The position numbers were made by a program, and so were the translations under genes. DNA of 64,000 nt, taken from NCBI GenBank assembly GCA_964613805.1, contig CAZTJF010000004.1, forward strand, positions 51,070 through 115,069. Reading direction: 5' to 3'. The stretch is from an uncultured Ignavibacteriaceae bacterium (lineage in GTDB: Bacteria; Bacteroidota; Ignavibacteria; Ignavibacteriales; Ignavibacteriaceae). The notes under the pieces were generated by a model. That model ran no database searches. It had not been told where the DNA came from and worked only from the letters and a program-made list of their open reading frames with translations. Shown here in pieces: positions 35,832 to 49,435 of this stretch (position 1 is its first letter; each line of letters opens with the position of its first letter).

Positions 35832-38333
35832 ATGTACATGCCCTCTCGATTAAAGCAAGCTCGACATCATTTGATATTAATTGTATTTATTTTCGCTTCT
35901 TTATTATCAGCTCAAACAGTTACAAAGAGTTATAAAATACTTGGGATTTCTGTGATAGGCAATAAATCTGCGGATGCTTCAATAATTATTGCAAACAGCG
36001 GTTTAAAAATTGGTGATGAAATTCAAATTCCGGGTGATAAAACTTTAAATGCTATAAAACAATTATGGTCTCTAAATATTTTTTCAGATGTTCAGATTAT
36101 AAATGACAAGCAAATTGGTGATGGAGTTTTTCTTGTAATCAAAGTTGACGAATACCCGAGAATTGAAAAAATTGTTTTCGAGGGTAATGACGAAATAAGC
36201 ACTGATGATTTGGAAAAAAAGGTGAGTTTCATTCGCGGACAAATTCTTAAACCACAAGAAATTAGTAAGTTAAAACAACGGGTATTTCAATTATATGAAG
36301 AAGAAGGTTTCTTAAACGCTTCCATTATCACAAAGTATTTTGAGTATTTTACTGCCGATACTCTGAAAGATGAAATAGTTGTAACATGGCGAAACCAAAA
36401 AGATCTTTCTGAAGAATTTAATGTTGAGTATTCAAAATCCGATCAAAGCTACTCTAATCTAATAGATAAACTTAAAAATAGAATCTTTGTAAAATTCGAA
36501 ATTCAGGAAAATGACCAAGTTAAAATTAGGGAGATTAGATTTTTTGGTAATACGGCTTTTGATGAGGGTGATCTCCGAAGTGAGTTTGATGAAACGAAAG
36601 AAGCAAGATGGTGGAAGTTTTGGAGTTCTGCAAAGTTTGATAAGAAGATGTACGAAAAAGATAAAGAATTGCTTCTCAAATTTTATAAACGTAAAGGTTA
36701 TCGCGATGCCGAAATTTTAGCCGATTCACTTATTTATTATAATGACAAAAAAGATCTAAGAATTCAGATTTATGTTGATGAAGGACCGCAATATAAAGTG
36801 CGAAATATTAATTGGGTTGGAAATACAATATACACAGATGAAGTACTTTCTGAGCGATTAGATTTTGCAAAGGGTGATATATTTAATTATGAAAAGTTTG
36901 AGCAAAATCTTCGGGGTAATGAAAAACAATCTGATGTTTATGCCCTTTATTTGGACAACGGCTACCTTACATTCAACCTTAAAGCAACCGAAACAAAAGT
37001 CCCTGAAGATTCTATCGACATATTGATTCGAATTGAAGAGAGAAATCAATTTAAAGTTGGCAAAGTTGATATTACTGGAAATGATAAAACAAAAGACAAA
37101 GTAATTAGGCGGGAATTATACACAGTACCAGGAGATTATTTTAATAGAGGATTATTGTTCAGAAGCATTCAGCAGCTTGCAAACCTGCAGTATTTTAATG
37201 TGGAAAAATTATACGGTCCACAAGGAATTGATTACACACTTCCTACTGACAGTTCGGTTGATGTCACATTTAGAGTTGAAGAAAAATCAAGTGATTATCT
37301 TAATGCATCAATCGGTTACAGCGGTGCATTTGGATTCAGCGGTGCAGTCGGGGTTACACTAACTAATTTTTCAATTACGGAACCGTTCTCGTTAGGTGGT
37401 GGACAGATATTAAGTTTTAATTGGCAATTTGGTGTCGGAAGTTTGTATCGTACCTTCACATTAGGGTTTACTGAACCATGGTTGTTCGACACACCGACAT
37501 TAGTTGGTTTGGAAGTTTTTGACACACGCCAAGCATACATTTATGATTTGCGTCAATCGGGTGGAACATTAAGAGTTGGCAGAAGGTTAAAATGGCCGGA
37601 TGACTTTTTCTATGTTCAAGGATTATTTAGATATCAGTACAACAATGTTTTAGAAGGACAAAATTTTTACCAAGAGGGAAAAACAAATCAATTTACTGTT
37701 GGTGCAACACTGAGCAGAAAAAATATTGATAATCCAATATTCCCATCTACAGGATCATCATTTACTTTAGATGGTGAAATTTCGGGTGGTCCATTTTTAC
37801 CCGGCGATGTAGATTATTATAAAATTAATTTCAAAGCCGAATGGTATCGAAGATTATTCAATTCAAATAGAATTGCACTCTATACAGTTGCGGATATAGG
37901 TTATCTAGATGAATTAACTCTTGGAACAAAAATTCAGCCGTTTGAATTTTACTATATGGGAGGTAACGGTTTGATCATTGCGACTGCTCCGCTTCGAGGT
38001 TATGATGATCGGACAGTTGGACCTAGAAATGTTGATGACAGAGTAATTGGCGGGAGGGTTATGTCAAGATATACTGCAGAATTACGATTAGCAGTCACAC
38101 TCGATCCAATTCCGCTTTACTTGCTCGCCTTTGCGGAAGCGGGAAATGTTTATGAAAGTATAAAGAAAACAGATCCTTTTGATCTTAGAAGATCGGTTGG
38201 ATTTGGAGCAAGACTTTTGATAAATCCCATTGGTTTAATCGGCTTTGATCTTGGCTATGGTTTTGATAGAAAACTTACAGACAATAAAGATCCATCTTGG
38301 TTATTTCATTTCCAATTCGGAAGAGGTTTTTAA
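35832..38333 (+). CDS. bamA: Outer membrane protein assembly factor BamA
   Basis: 833 aa. POTRA-like repeats (I..I.F.GN pattern at several positions) are followed by a C-terminal Omp85 barrel ending in HFQFGRGF. It sits in the uppS-bamA-skp context. Confidence 0.88.
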   Translation: MYMPSRLKQARHHLILIVFIFASLLSAQTVTKSYKILGISVIGNKSADASIIIANSGLKIGDEIQIPGDKTLNAIKQLWSLNIFSDVQIINDKQIGDGVFLVIKVDEYPRIEKIVFEGNDEISTDDLEKKVSFIRGQILKPQEISKLKQRVFQLYEEEGFLNASIITKYFEYFTADTLKDEIVVTWRNQKDLSEEFNVEYSKSDQSYSNLIDKLKNRIFVKFEIQENDQVKIREIRFFGNTAFDEGDLRSEFDETKEARWWKFWSSAKFDKKMYEKDKELLLKFYKRKGYRDAEILADSLIYYNDKKDLRIQIYVDEGPQYKVRNINWVGNTIYTDEVLSERLDFAKGDIFNYEKFEQNLRGNEKQSDVYALYLDNGYLTFNLKATETKVPEDSIDILIRIEERNQFKVGKVDITGNDKTKDKVIRRELYTVPGDYFNRGLLFRSIQQLANLQYFNVEKLYGPQGIDYTLPTDSSVDVTFRVEEKSSDYLNASIGYSGAFGFSGAVGVTLTNFSITEPFSLGGGQILSFNWQFGVGSLYRTFTLGFTEPWLFDTPTLVGLEVFDTRQAYIYDLRQSGGTLRVGRRLKWPDDFFYVQGLFRYQYNNVLEGQNFYQEGKTNQFTVGATLSRKNIDNPIFPSTGSSFTLDGEISGGPFLPGDVDYYKINFKAEWYRRLFNSNRIALYTVADIGYLDELTLGTKIQPFEFYYMGGNGLIIATAPLRGYDDRTVGPRNVDDRVIGGRVMSRYTAELRLAVTLDPIPLYLLAFAEAGNVYESIKKTDPFDLRRSVGFGARLLINPIGLIGFDLGYGFDRKLTDNKDPSWLFHFQFGRGF

Positions 38334-38365
38334 CTTATTATTAATTAAACATAAAGGTAAACACA

Positions 38366-38893
38366 GTGAACAAACTCATTTTATTTCTTGCATCAATCAT
38401 CATTTGTGGTACGGTTGTTTTTGCACAGACGCCGCAAAAGCTTGGTTATGTTGATTCTCAAACTATTCTTACACAACTGCCGGAATCAATTAAAGCTCAA
38501 GGAGATTTGGATGCATTAACCAATAAATGGACAGCTCAATTGGATAGTATGACCCAATCTTACCAACAGGCATTGGCGAACTATCAAAAACAAGCTAACA
38601 CCATGCCTGATGATAAAAAATTAGCCGCACAGCAAACTCTTATTGCTCAAGAGCAATCTTTAATTGATTTCAGAAGACAAAAATTTGGTCAAGGCACTGG
38701 AGAGATTTATAAAAAACAGGAAGAATTATTTAATCCAGTTAAAGAAAAAATTTACAAGGCAATTGAAGATGTGGCAAAACGCGAAGGCATGCATTTCGTA
38801 TTTGATAAAAGCGGTGATATTATCTTGCTTTATGCTGATGCGGCATTCGATATTACTTATCAAGTTCTTGATAAGTTAAAAAGAGGTAATTAA
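38366..38893 (+). CDS. skp: OmpH/Skp periplasmic chaperone
   Basis: Signal peptide, KLGYVDSQTIL and a long coiled-coil Q/K-rich region in 175 aa. GTG start. Confidence 0.8.
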   Translation: MNKLILFLASIIICGTVVFAQTPQKLGYVDSQTILTQLPESIKAQGDLDALTNKWTAQLDSMTQSYQQALANYQKQANTMPDDKKLAAQQTLIAQEQSLIDFRRQKFGQGTGEIYKKQEELFNPVKEKIYKAIEDVAKREGMHFVFDKSGDIILLYADAAFDITYQVLDKLKRGN

Positions 38894-38945
38894 TAAATAA
38901 TCCTCGTTTTAAAATTCAAGTTATTATTTCTGAAAAGGTATTGAT

Positions 38946-39458
38946 ATGAAAAAATTAACTCTTGCATTATTTCTCATGTTTATTTCTGGTCTAACTAATG
39001 CTCAATTGAAAATTGGTTATGTGGATTCCGATACGATAATGGATAAATATCCAGATGCACAGGATGCACGGCAAAAACTTGATGGCTTTATTCAAGAATG
39101 GCAGACAGAATTGACGAAGCTTGAGAATAATTGGAAAAGCAAATATGATGACTATGAAAAGCGTAAGCTAATTATGTCGGATCAAATAAGAGCAGAAACA
39201 GAAGCGGAATTGATTAGACTTGAACAGCAGGTTGCTGATTATCGTGACAGGAAATTTGGAACTAACGGTGAACTTTTTCAAAAACAGGATGAAATAATGA
39301 AACCTGTGCAAAACAAGGTCTTCACTGCAATAAAAGATGTTGCAAAAGATCAAGACCTCGATTTTATTTTCGATAGAAGCGGCGATGTGATGCTCCTTTT
39401 TGCAAAAGATGAGTATGATGTTACTGCATTGGTTTTAGAAAAGCTAAAATTAAAATAA
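38946..39458 (+). CDS. skp: OmpH/Skp periplasmic chaperone (second copy)
   Basis: Signal peptide, KIGYVDSDTIM and a coiled-coil region. It is a paralog of the preceding gene. Confidence 0.8.
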   Translation: MKKLTLALFLMFISGLTNAQLKIGYVDSDTIMDKYPDAQDARQKLDGFIQEWQTELTKLENNWKSKYDDYEKRKLIMSDQIRAETEAELIRLEQQVADYRDRKFGTNGELFQKQDEIMKPVQNKVFTAIKDVAKDQDLDFIFDRSGDVMLLFAKDEYDVTALVLEKLKLK

Positions 39459-39475
39459 AACTAAAGCACTTTGTA

Positions 39476-40528
39476 ATGGAATTTACATTAAAAGAAATTG
39501 CAGATTTTGTCGAGGGCAAATTATTTGGGAACGAGCAGGTAGTAATCAAGAATCTCTCCAAGATTGAGGAAGCTGAACCAGGGGATTTAACATTCCTATA
39601 TCTTCCTGCATATAACAAGTATTTCGGCACAACGCACGCCTCTGCAATTTTAGTTAAGCCGGATTTTAAAAAAGTTCGAGATGATATTGCCTACATTGAA
39701 ATAAAAGATCCAAACAAAGCATTCTTCAAAATTGTAAATCAATTTTTCATTCCAGAATTTTTTCTTGAAGGTATTGACTCAACAGCTTTCATTCATCCAA
39801 CAGCAAAACTTGGTAAAAATGTATCTATCGGAAAAAACGTTGTAATCTCGTCTGGCTGCGTAATTGGAGATAATGTTAAAATATTTCACAATACTATTTT
39901 ACACGATGATGTACTTATTGGAAATGATTGTTTGATATTTTCAAACGTTAGCATTCGAGAAAAATGCCTCGTAGGAAATAGAGTTATTATTCATTCAGGA
40001 ACAGTTATTGGTTCAGATGGTTTTGGTTTTGACCTTGATGAAAATGGAGTGTTCCATAAAATATTTCAAATTGGAATAGTGAAAATTGAAGATGACGTTG
40101 AACTTGGTGCTAATGTTTGTGTTGATAGAGCAAGCACTGGTGCAACTATTATTAAAAAAGGTGTAAAAATTGATAACCTTGTTCATGTAGCTCACAATGT
40201 AGTATTGGGTGAGAATACGGCTATTGCTGCACAAGCTGGCATTTCAGGCAGCACAAAAATTGGTAAAAATTGTCTGATTGCTGGTCAAGTTGGAATAGTC
40301 GGACACATAGAAATTGCAGAGAAAGTAACCTTAATTGCACAATCAGGTGTTTCAAAAGGAATTTCAAAATCTGGAACTTATTTTGGCTCACCTGCCAAAG
40401 AAATGGGCACTGCATTGAGGTTAGAGGGACACATTCGATCTCTGCCTGAATATGCCGCAAAGATTCATCAACTAGAAAACCAGGTTAAGGAGCTGATTGA
40501 TAAGATTTCTCAATTGGAAAAAAGTTAA
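39476..40528 (+). CDS. lpxD: UDP-3-O-acylglucosamine N-acyltransferase
   Basis: N-terminal LpxD domain (LKEIADFVEGKLFG), long hexapeptide-repeat region and GSDGFGF motif. It sits in the lpx cluster. Confidence 0.9.
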   Translation: MEFTLKEIADFVEGKLFGNEQVVIKNLSKIEEAEPGDLTFLYLPAYNKYFGTTHASAILVKPDFKKVRDDIAYIEIKDPNKAFFKIVNQFFIPEFFLEGIDSTAFIHPTAKLGKNVSIGKNVVISSGCVIGDNVKIFHNTILHDDVLIGNDCLIFSNVSIREKCLVGNRVIIHSGTVIGSDGFGFDLDENGVFHKIFQIGIVKIEDDVELGANVCVDRASTGATIIKKGVKIDNLVHVAHNVVLGENTAIAAQAGISGSTKIGKNCLIAGQVGIVGHIEIAEKVTLIAQSGVSKGISKSGTYFGSPAKEMGTALRLEGHIRSLPEYAAKIHQLENQVKELIDKISQLEKS

Positions 40529-40641
40529 ATATTCATTTTTCCTCTCACTCCGTTTTATTGTATTTATATGCCCATCTTACTATTTTGAAAAATATAATTA
40601 ATTAATTCTAACAAACTAATTTTATAATTTAAGGAAAGCTC

Positions 40642-42057
40642 ATGTTAGAGCAACAAAGAACAATTGCAAAAGCGGTTTCAATGTCTGGAATTGGACTTCA
40701 TACAGGCACATCATGCACAATGACATTCAAACCATCACATGAAAACACCGGCATCAAATTCGTTCGAACAGATTTAGGTGGAGCTCCCGAAATTCCGGCA
40801 ACATCGGATAATGTTGTAGATATTTCAAGAGGCACTACATTAGGTGTCGGGGAAGTTAAAGTTCACACAGTAGAGCATGTACTTGCGGCTATAGTCGGGC
40901 TGCAAATTGATAATATAATTATTGAGCTTGATGGAATTGAACCGCCGATTGGAGATGGAAGTGCTAAACCATATGTAGATATTATATTGGAAGCAGGTTT
41001 TGTTCAGCAAGAGGCACCAAAAGATTACCTGATTATTGATGAAACTGTGATGTACCACGATGAAAAAAATCAAATTGATATTGTTGCGTTGCCATTGGAT
41101 AGTTACAGAGTTACCGTGATGGTTGACTATCAGAATCCTGCATTAGGAAGTCAGCATACTGGATTATTCGATCTCGAAAAGGAATTTGTTAAAGAATTTT
41201 CTTCTGCTCGAACTTTTTGTTTTTTAAGCGAAGTGGAATCGTTAGCCGATCAGGGTTTGATTAAAGGCGGTGATATAAATAATGCAGTTGTAATAGTTGA
41301 TCACAAAGCAAGTGACGAAGAATTAGAAAAACTACGGCAAAAAATCGGACTTAAGCAAAAAATTTCAATAGGTGAAAACAATATTCTTAACAATAAGGAG
41401 CTTCGTTACAGAAACGAACCTGTGCGACATAAACTATTAGATTTGCTTGGAGATTTAGCTCTAATCGGAGCTCCGATTAAAGCACAAATTCTTGCGGCGA
41501 GACCGGGACATAGAGCAAATGTTGAGTTTGCAAAGCAGGTAAGAAAACTTTATCAGCAAAAAAAAATTGTTAAGAAATATCAATTAGTTAAAAAAGAAGG
41601 TGTTGTATTTGACGTCAACGCAATTCAAAAAATTCTTCCGCATAGATATCCTTTTTTATTGGTTGATAAAATCACGCATCTCGAACTTGATAAAAAAGTA
41701 ATTGGGGTAAAATCAGTTACAGTAAATGAACCATTTTTCCCCGGTCATTTTCCTGGGCAGCCGATTATGCCGGGTGTATTGATAATAGAAGCAATGGCTC
41801 AAACTGGCGGTATAATGCTATTGAATTCTATTGGTGATTTTGAGAATAAGCTGGTTGTATTTATGCAGATAAACAATGCAAAGTTTAGAAAACCTGTTGT
41901 CCCCGGTGATACACTTCATTTGGAGATTGAGTTAACAAATAAGAAAAGTAAGATTTTTACTATGAAGGGAAGAGCATTCGTTAATGAAAATTTAGTTGCC
42001 GAAGCTGAGTTGATGGCTGGAGTTGTTGATAAAGAACAAAAACCAAACGGGATTTAA
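40642..42057 (+). CDS. lpxC-fabZ: Bifunctional UDP-3-O-acyl-GlcNAc deacetylase / 3-hydroxyacyl-ACP dehydratase (LpxC-FabZ fusion)
   Basis: LpxC part: QRTIAKAVSMSGIGLHTG, HTVEHVLAA, HKLLDLLGDLAL and GHRANVEF. FabZ part: ILPHRYPFLLVDKI, FFPGHFPGQPIMPGVLIIEAMAQ. Confidence 0.92.
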   Translation: MLEQQRTIAKAVSMSGIGLHTGTSCTMTFKPSHENTGIKFVRTDLGGAPEIPATSDNVVDISRGTTLGVGEVKVHTVEHVLAAIVGLQIDNIIIELDGIEPPIGDGSAKPYVDIILEAGFVQQEAPKDYLIIDETVMYHDEKNQIDIVALPLDSYRVTVMVDYQNPALGSQHTGLFDLEKEFVKEFSSARTFCFLSEVESLADQGLIKGGDINNAVVIVDHKASDEELEKLRQKIGLKQKISIGENNILNNKELRYRNEPVRHKLLDLLGDLALIGAPIKAQILAARPGHRANVEFAKQVRKLYQQKKIVKKYQLVKKEGVVFDVNAIQKILPHRYPFLLVDKITHLELDKKVIGVKSVTVNEPFFPGHFPGQPIMPGVLIIEAMAQTGGIMLLNSIGDFENKLVVFMQINNAKFRKPVVPGDTLHLEIELTNKKSKIFTMKGRAFVNENLVAEAELMAGVVDKEQKPNGI

Positions 42058-42062
42058 AGAAA

Positions 42063-42839
42063 ATGCAAAATATTCATCCGACTGCAGTAGTTAATTCAAA
42101 AGCAAAATTGGGCGATAATGTTTTAATTCATGCTTATGCAATTATTCATGATAATGTTGAAGTTGGGAATGACTGTGTAATCGGTCCTCATGCTGTTCTT
42201 TATGAGGGAACGAGAATCGGAAATCGTGTGAAGATTTTTCAAGGTGCATCAATCGCAAATGTTCCTCAAGATTTAAGTTTCCGAAATGAAGAATCGCTCT
42301 TTATAATTGAAGATGATACGACTATACGTGAATTTGTCACTTGCCACAGAGGAACAAAGTCTACTGGTTTTTCTAAAGTAGGTAAAAACTGTTTGCTGAT
42401 GGCTTATACGCACATTGCACACGATTGTATTGTTGGAAATAATTGTATCCTTGCAAATGGAGTTCAGCTTGGCGGGCATGTTCATGTTGAAGATTATGCG
42501 ATAATTGGCGGTATGACTCCCGTCCATCAATTTTGTAAAGTTGGCAGTCACTCGATGACGGGTGGTGGTTTTAAAATAGCTCAAGATTTGCCACCATTTA
42601 TTCTTGCGGCGCATCATCCGCTGAAGTTTTGTGGATTGAATGTTGTCGGTTTACGCCGACGGGGGTTTTCACCTAAAGATATCGAAACATTAAAAAAAGC
42701 TTACAATTACATTTATAGTAATTCCTTTAATGTGTCTCAAGCTGTTAAAAAAATTGAATCTGAACTGGGTGATAATGTGTTTGTATTGCAGGTACTGGAT
42801 TTTATCAAAGCAAGTAAAAGAGGATTAGTCGGAAAATGA
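42063..42839 (+). CDS. lpxA: Acyl-ACP--UDP-GlcNAc O-acyltransferase
   Basis: IHPTAVV start, hexapeptide repeats, GLNVVGLRRRGF and a C-terminal helical domain. Confidence 0.9.
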   Translation: MQNIHPTAVVNSKAKLGDNVLIHAYAIIHDNVEVGNDCVIGPHAVLYEGTRIGNRVKIFQGASIANVPQDLSFRNEESLFIIEDDTTIREFVTCHRGTKSTGFSKVGKNCLLMAYTHIAHDCIVGNNCILANGVQLGGHVHVEDYAIIGGMTPVHQFCKVGSHSMTGGGFKIAQDLPPFILAAHHPLKFCGLNVVGLRRRGFSPKDIETLKKAYNYIYSNSFNVSQAVKKIESELGDNVFVLQVLDFIKASKRGLVGK

Positions 42840-43594
42840 AACTCCATGTGCTTGATTCTGGATTTAACACTGGCAAAGCAAATATGGAATTTGATATTCA
42901 TTTAGCCGAGTCAAGCAATCCGGATGAAGTTGTTCTTCGATTTTATAGGTGGAAACCCTATTGTATTTCGTTGGGTGCAAACCAAAAAATTGAAGAAATT
43001 AATCTTGAAATAACTAAGCATGATAATATTGATGTTGTTCATCGTCCAACTGGCGGTCGTGCAATTCTTCACGCCGAAGAGCTGACTTACTCTGTCATTT
43101 ATCCAATTCATGAAAACACTTCCTTTCGAAATATTTATCATGAAATTAATCTTGCTTTAATTAAAGGGTTAATAAATTATAGTTCAGATCTTTCTGCTTT
43201 AGAGATGGAGAATATTCAACCAAACTTTCCAAATTTATATAAGGAGCAACTTGCCACTTTATGTTTCGCAGTTCCGGCGAAAAGTGAAATCAAATATCAC
43301 GGTAAAAAGCTTGTTGGCAGCGCTCAAAAAAAAATGAAAAATGTTTTACTTCAGCATGGATCAATTCTTTGCGGTAATTATCACCTCAGAATAATAGATT
43401 ATCTTAATCTTTCTCAAGAAAACATTTCTTTGATGAAAGAAGAATTGTCTGCTAAAACAACCGATCTTTCTTCAATCCTTCATCAATCAATAGATTATTC
43501 TCGACTGACTGATTCTTTGATAAAAGCATTTCATGTTCATTTTTGCTCCGAATCAGAATTTGTTTCTCAAGAACAAGTAACTCCTCAATTATAA
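42836..43594 (+). CDS. Lipoate/octanoyl protein ligase family protein (BPL/LPL catalytic domain)
   Basis: [35 protein letters not shown] (conserved Lys) and LLQHGSIL motifs. A 4-nt overlap couples it to lpxA. Confidence 0.75.
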   Translation: MKLHVLDSGFNTGKANMEFDIHLAESSNPDEVVLRFYRWKPYCISLGANQKIEEINLEITKHDNIDVVHRPTGGRAILHAEELTYSVIYPIHENTSFRNIYHEINLALIKGLINYSSDLSALEMENIQPNFPNLYKEQLATLCFAVPAKSEIKYHGKKLVGSAQKKMKNVLLQHGSILCGNYHLRIIDYLNLSQENISLMKEELSAKTTDLSSILHQSIDYSRLTDSLIKAFHVHFCSESEFVSQEQVTPQL

Positions 43595-43614
43595 AAAGAA
43601 GCAGCAAACTTTTT

Positions 43615-44430
43615 ATGGGAACCGAACAACAATTTAAAAGAATAACGACCAAGGCATTAAACCTGCTTAAGCAAAAAGACATTAAGATAACCGCATTGAC
43701 CGCTTATGATTTTATTACCGCGAAAATTTTAGATGAAGCGGGAATTGATGTAATCCTTGTTGGCGACTCATTGGGAAATGTTTTTCAGGGAAACGAAACT
43801 ACACTTCCGGTTACAATGGATGAAATGATTTATCATACCAAAGCTGTTACAAAAGGCGTAAACCGTGCAATGGTTGTTGTAGATATGCCGTTCATGTCAT
43901 ACCAGCTTGGTGTTGATGATGGTTTTCGAAATGCTGGAAGAATTATGAAAGAAACTTCTGCAGGTGCAGTTAAGCTGGAAGGCGGAGAGCGTGTGGCTGA
44001 GACAATTAGAAAAATTACTGAAGCCGGAATTCCGGTTATGGGTCATATTGGTCTAACACCACAAAGCATTCACGTTTTTGGAAGCTATCGCGAAAGAGGC
44101 AAAGATGAAGATGAGGCAAAAGAAATTTTGAAAGATGCTAAAATTTTGGAGGAAGCCGGCGCTTTCGCTCTTGTTCTTGAAAAAATTCCGGCAGAATTAG
44201 CAAAACAAGTTACCGAGATGCTTAAAATTCCAACAATTGGAATTGGTGCGGGCTTGTATTGTGATGGACAAATTCTCGTTTCACCTGACATGCTTGGATT
44301 GAACGTTGATTTTCATCCGCGATTTGTTCGCTATTATGCTCATCTTGCCGAAGTAGTTTCAAATGCCGTTAAAAAATATATTGATGATGTTAAACAAACA
44401 AAATTCCCTTCAGAAGAAGAAAGCTATTAA
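43615..44430 (+). CDS. panB: 3-methyl-2-oxobutanoate hydroxymethyltransferase
   Basis: [40 protein letters not shown] and IGIGAG motifs. I chose ATG 43615 rather than the ORF-track start at 43543. Confidence 0.9.
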   Translation: MGTEQQFKRITTKALNLLKQKDIKITALTAYDFITAKILDEAGIDVILVGDSLGNVFQGNETTLPVTMDEMIYHTKAVTKGVNRAMVVVDMPFMSYQLGVDDGFRNAGRIMKETSAGAVKLEGGERVAETIRKITEAGIPVMGHIGLTPQSIHVFGSYRERGKDEDEAKEILKDAKILEEAGAFALVLEKIPAELAKQVTEMLKIPTIGIGAGLYCDGQILVSPDMLGLNVDFHPRFVRYYAHLAEVVSNAVKKYIDDVKQTKFPSEEESY

Positions 44431-44502
44431 CACTTTCGCTCTAAAATATTTTGCGAGGAATAGAGATCGAGTCCTAAGATTCACTCATCCAGTTGTTTTA
44501 GC

Positions 44503-45627
44503 ATGAAAAATTTTTCTCTCAAAATAAATTTTGCAATTTTAATTCTTGTTCTAATGGTTTTACTGAACGATAATTCTTTTTCTCAATCACCTTCCGATAT
44601 CGTTCTTGAGAATGTATCTGTCACCGCTGTAAAAGATGAACCAAATTATGTTTGGGTGGCAACTTATGGACAAGGCATTTACAGATATTCAAAAAAAGAT
44701 AATAAGTGGAGTAACTTCTCGACGAGCAATAATACTTTAGAAAATGATTTATTCTCATGCTTAGCTGTAAGCGATGATTATGTTTGGGCTGGTTCAATCG
44801 AGGGGTTGTTTACCTATGACAAGAAGAGAAACATATGGCGGAAAAGAAAATTTGCTGTTGGCGGCGAAATGGGAAATTGGATTCGATCTTTATGCTATGA
44901 TAAAAAAGAAAATATACTTTGGATTGGAAGATTTAAAAATTTAACTCAGCTTGATGTCAAGAAACAAAAGTTTACAGAATTCGATCTCACAAAAAATAAT
45001 GATCCCAAAACAAATACAATCAAATCTATTAAGCTGGATGGCGATAGTCTCGTCTGGATTGGTTCTGAATCCGGAGTGCATGTTTATAACAAAGCTGCAA
45101 GGGATTCAGCAGCGGCTTGGCTTTTCATCAATAACAAAAGGGGATTCAATGCTGAAGGTGAGGCAGTTTCGGTAGCAGATTTTTTATTCGAGGGAAACAA
45201 TGTTTGGTTTGCAACAGATGAATTCGTAACTCCACAGCAGCCCAATTTTAATTTGGGTGGGATTTATAAATTTAATCGTAAACTGAAATGGGAAAGAATT
45301 TCAAAACAGGATGGATTGCCCGGAAATGGAATTTATTGTTTAGAAAGAACTGGAAACAAAATTTGGGCTGCCGTTTATGCTTTCGATAAAAAAAATAAAA
45401 AGGAATATGGGAAAGGTTTTGTTATTATTGATAGAGTTACGGGTAAAATTGCTAATGTTGATTTAAATCAGACAGAGATAAGTTCATCGCTGGTGCAAAC
45501 ATTTTATTTTGATGGTAAGGAAATGTGGGTTGGAACAGATAAAGGCTTATATAAATTTAATGTGGCGAATCCTTTGGCTGAGTGGAAGAGAAAAAAGGAA
45601 GCTCCTTCTAAAAACAAGAAGAAATAA
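44503..45627 (+). CDS. Secreted beta-propeller protein (two-component-regulator-propeller-like repeats)
   Basis: Signal peptide present. Repeats of the V-W-hydrophobic-x-T/S-x-x-G-hydrophobic-x-x-Y/F type occur several times (VWVATYGQGIYRY, VWAGSIEGLFTY, LWIGRFKNLTQL, VWIGSESGVHVY, VWFATDE, MWVGTDKGLYKF). Confidence 0.6.
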   Translation: MKNFSLKINFAILILVLMVLLNDNSFSQSPSDIVLENVSVTAVKDEPNYVWVATYGQGIYRYSKKDNKWSNFSTSNNTLENDLFSCLAVSDDYVWAGSIEGLFTYDKKRNIWRKRKFAVGGEMGNWIRSLCYDKKENILWIGRFKNLTQLDVKKQKFTEFDLTKNNDPKTNTIKSIKLDGDSLVWIGSESGVHVYNKAARDSAAAWLFINNKRGFNAEGEAVSVADFLFEGNNVWFATDEFVTPQQPNFNLGGIYKFNRKLKWERISKQDGLPGNGIYCLERTGNKIWAAVYAFDKKNKKEYGKGFVIIDRVTGKIANVDLNQTEISSSLVQTFYFDGKEMWVGTDKGLYKFNVANPLAEWKRKKEAPSKNKKK

Positions 45628-45857
45628 GATTCTTAATTCAGCGAAGATTAAAAAATGATTTTTGTACAGATAAAACATAAATAACTCTCATTCATAATAT
45701 TCCTTCTTAAATTGCATTTCAAAACCTCAATAGTTAATTTTGGCTTCGTTTAATCCGTTTCAAACGAATAGTATACGCAAAGAAATTTATCTTAGATTTG
45801 GATTGAACTGTTAGTAAATGTTTGGACTACAGTCCATATTCCCTCTGGCTATCCTCA

Positions 45858-45881
45858 AACCCCAGCATTGATGCTGGGGTT
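45858..45881. repeat. Perfect 10-bp stem-loop inside a long intergenic region upstream of secA
   Basis: aaccccagca (45858-45867) pairs with tgctggggtt (45872-45881) around loop ttga. The hairpin is locally G+C-rich within an AT-rich 357-nt spacer. Confidence 0.5.
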
Positions 45882-45984
45882 GATGCAACACAATAGACAT
45901 AGGGCTTTAGCAATGATTTTTGAAAGGTAATTGATAATTGAACTTAATGTAATAGACTATTTTTTCAATTGGAGAGACTATTAA

Positions 45985-49391
<3,407 letters not shown>

Positions 49392-49435
49392 AATATTTGC
49401 CTTTGCATTTTGTACATTCTTATTTAGCTTTTCAT

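Noticed and set aside
45628-45984. Long secA upstream spacer checked for a tRNA or other classical RNA gene
   Set aside because: No cloverleaf-compatible arms and no GTTCGAATC-type T-loop were found. Only the isolated hairpin reported above is present.
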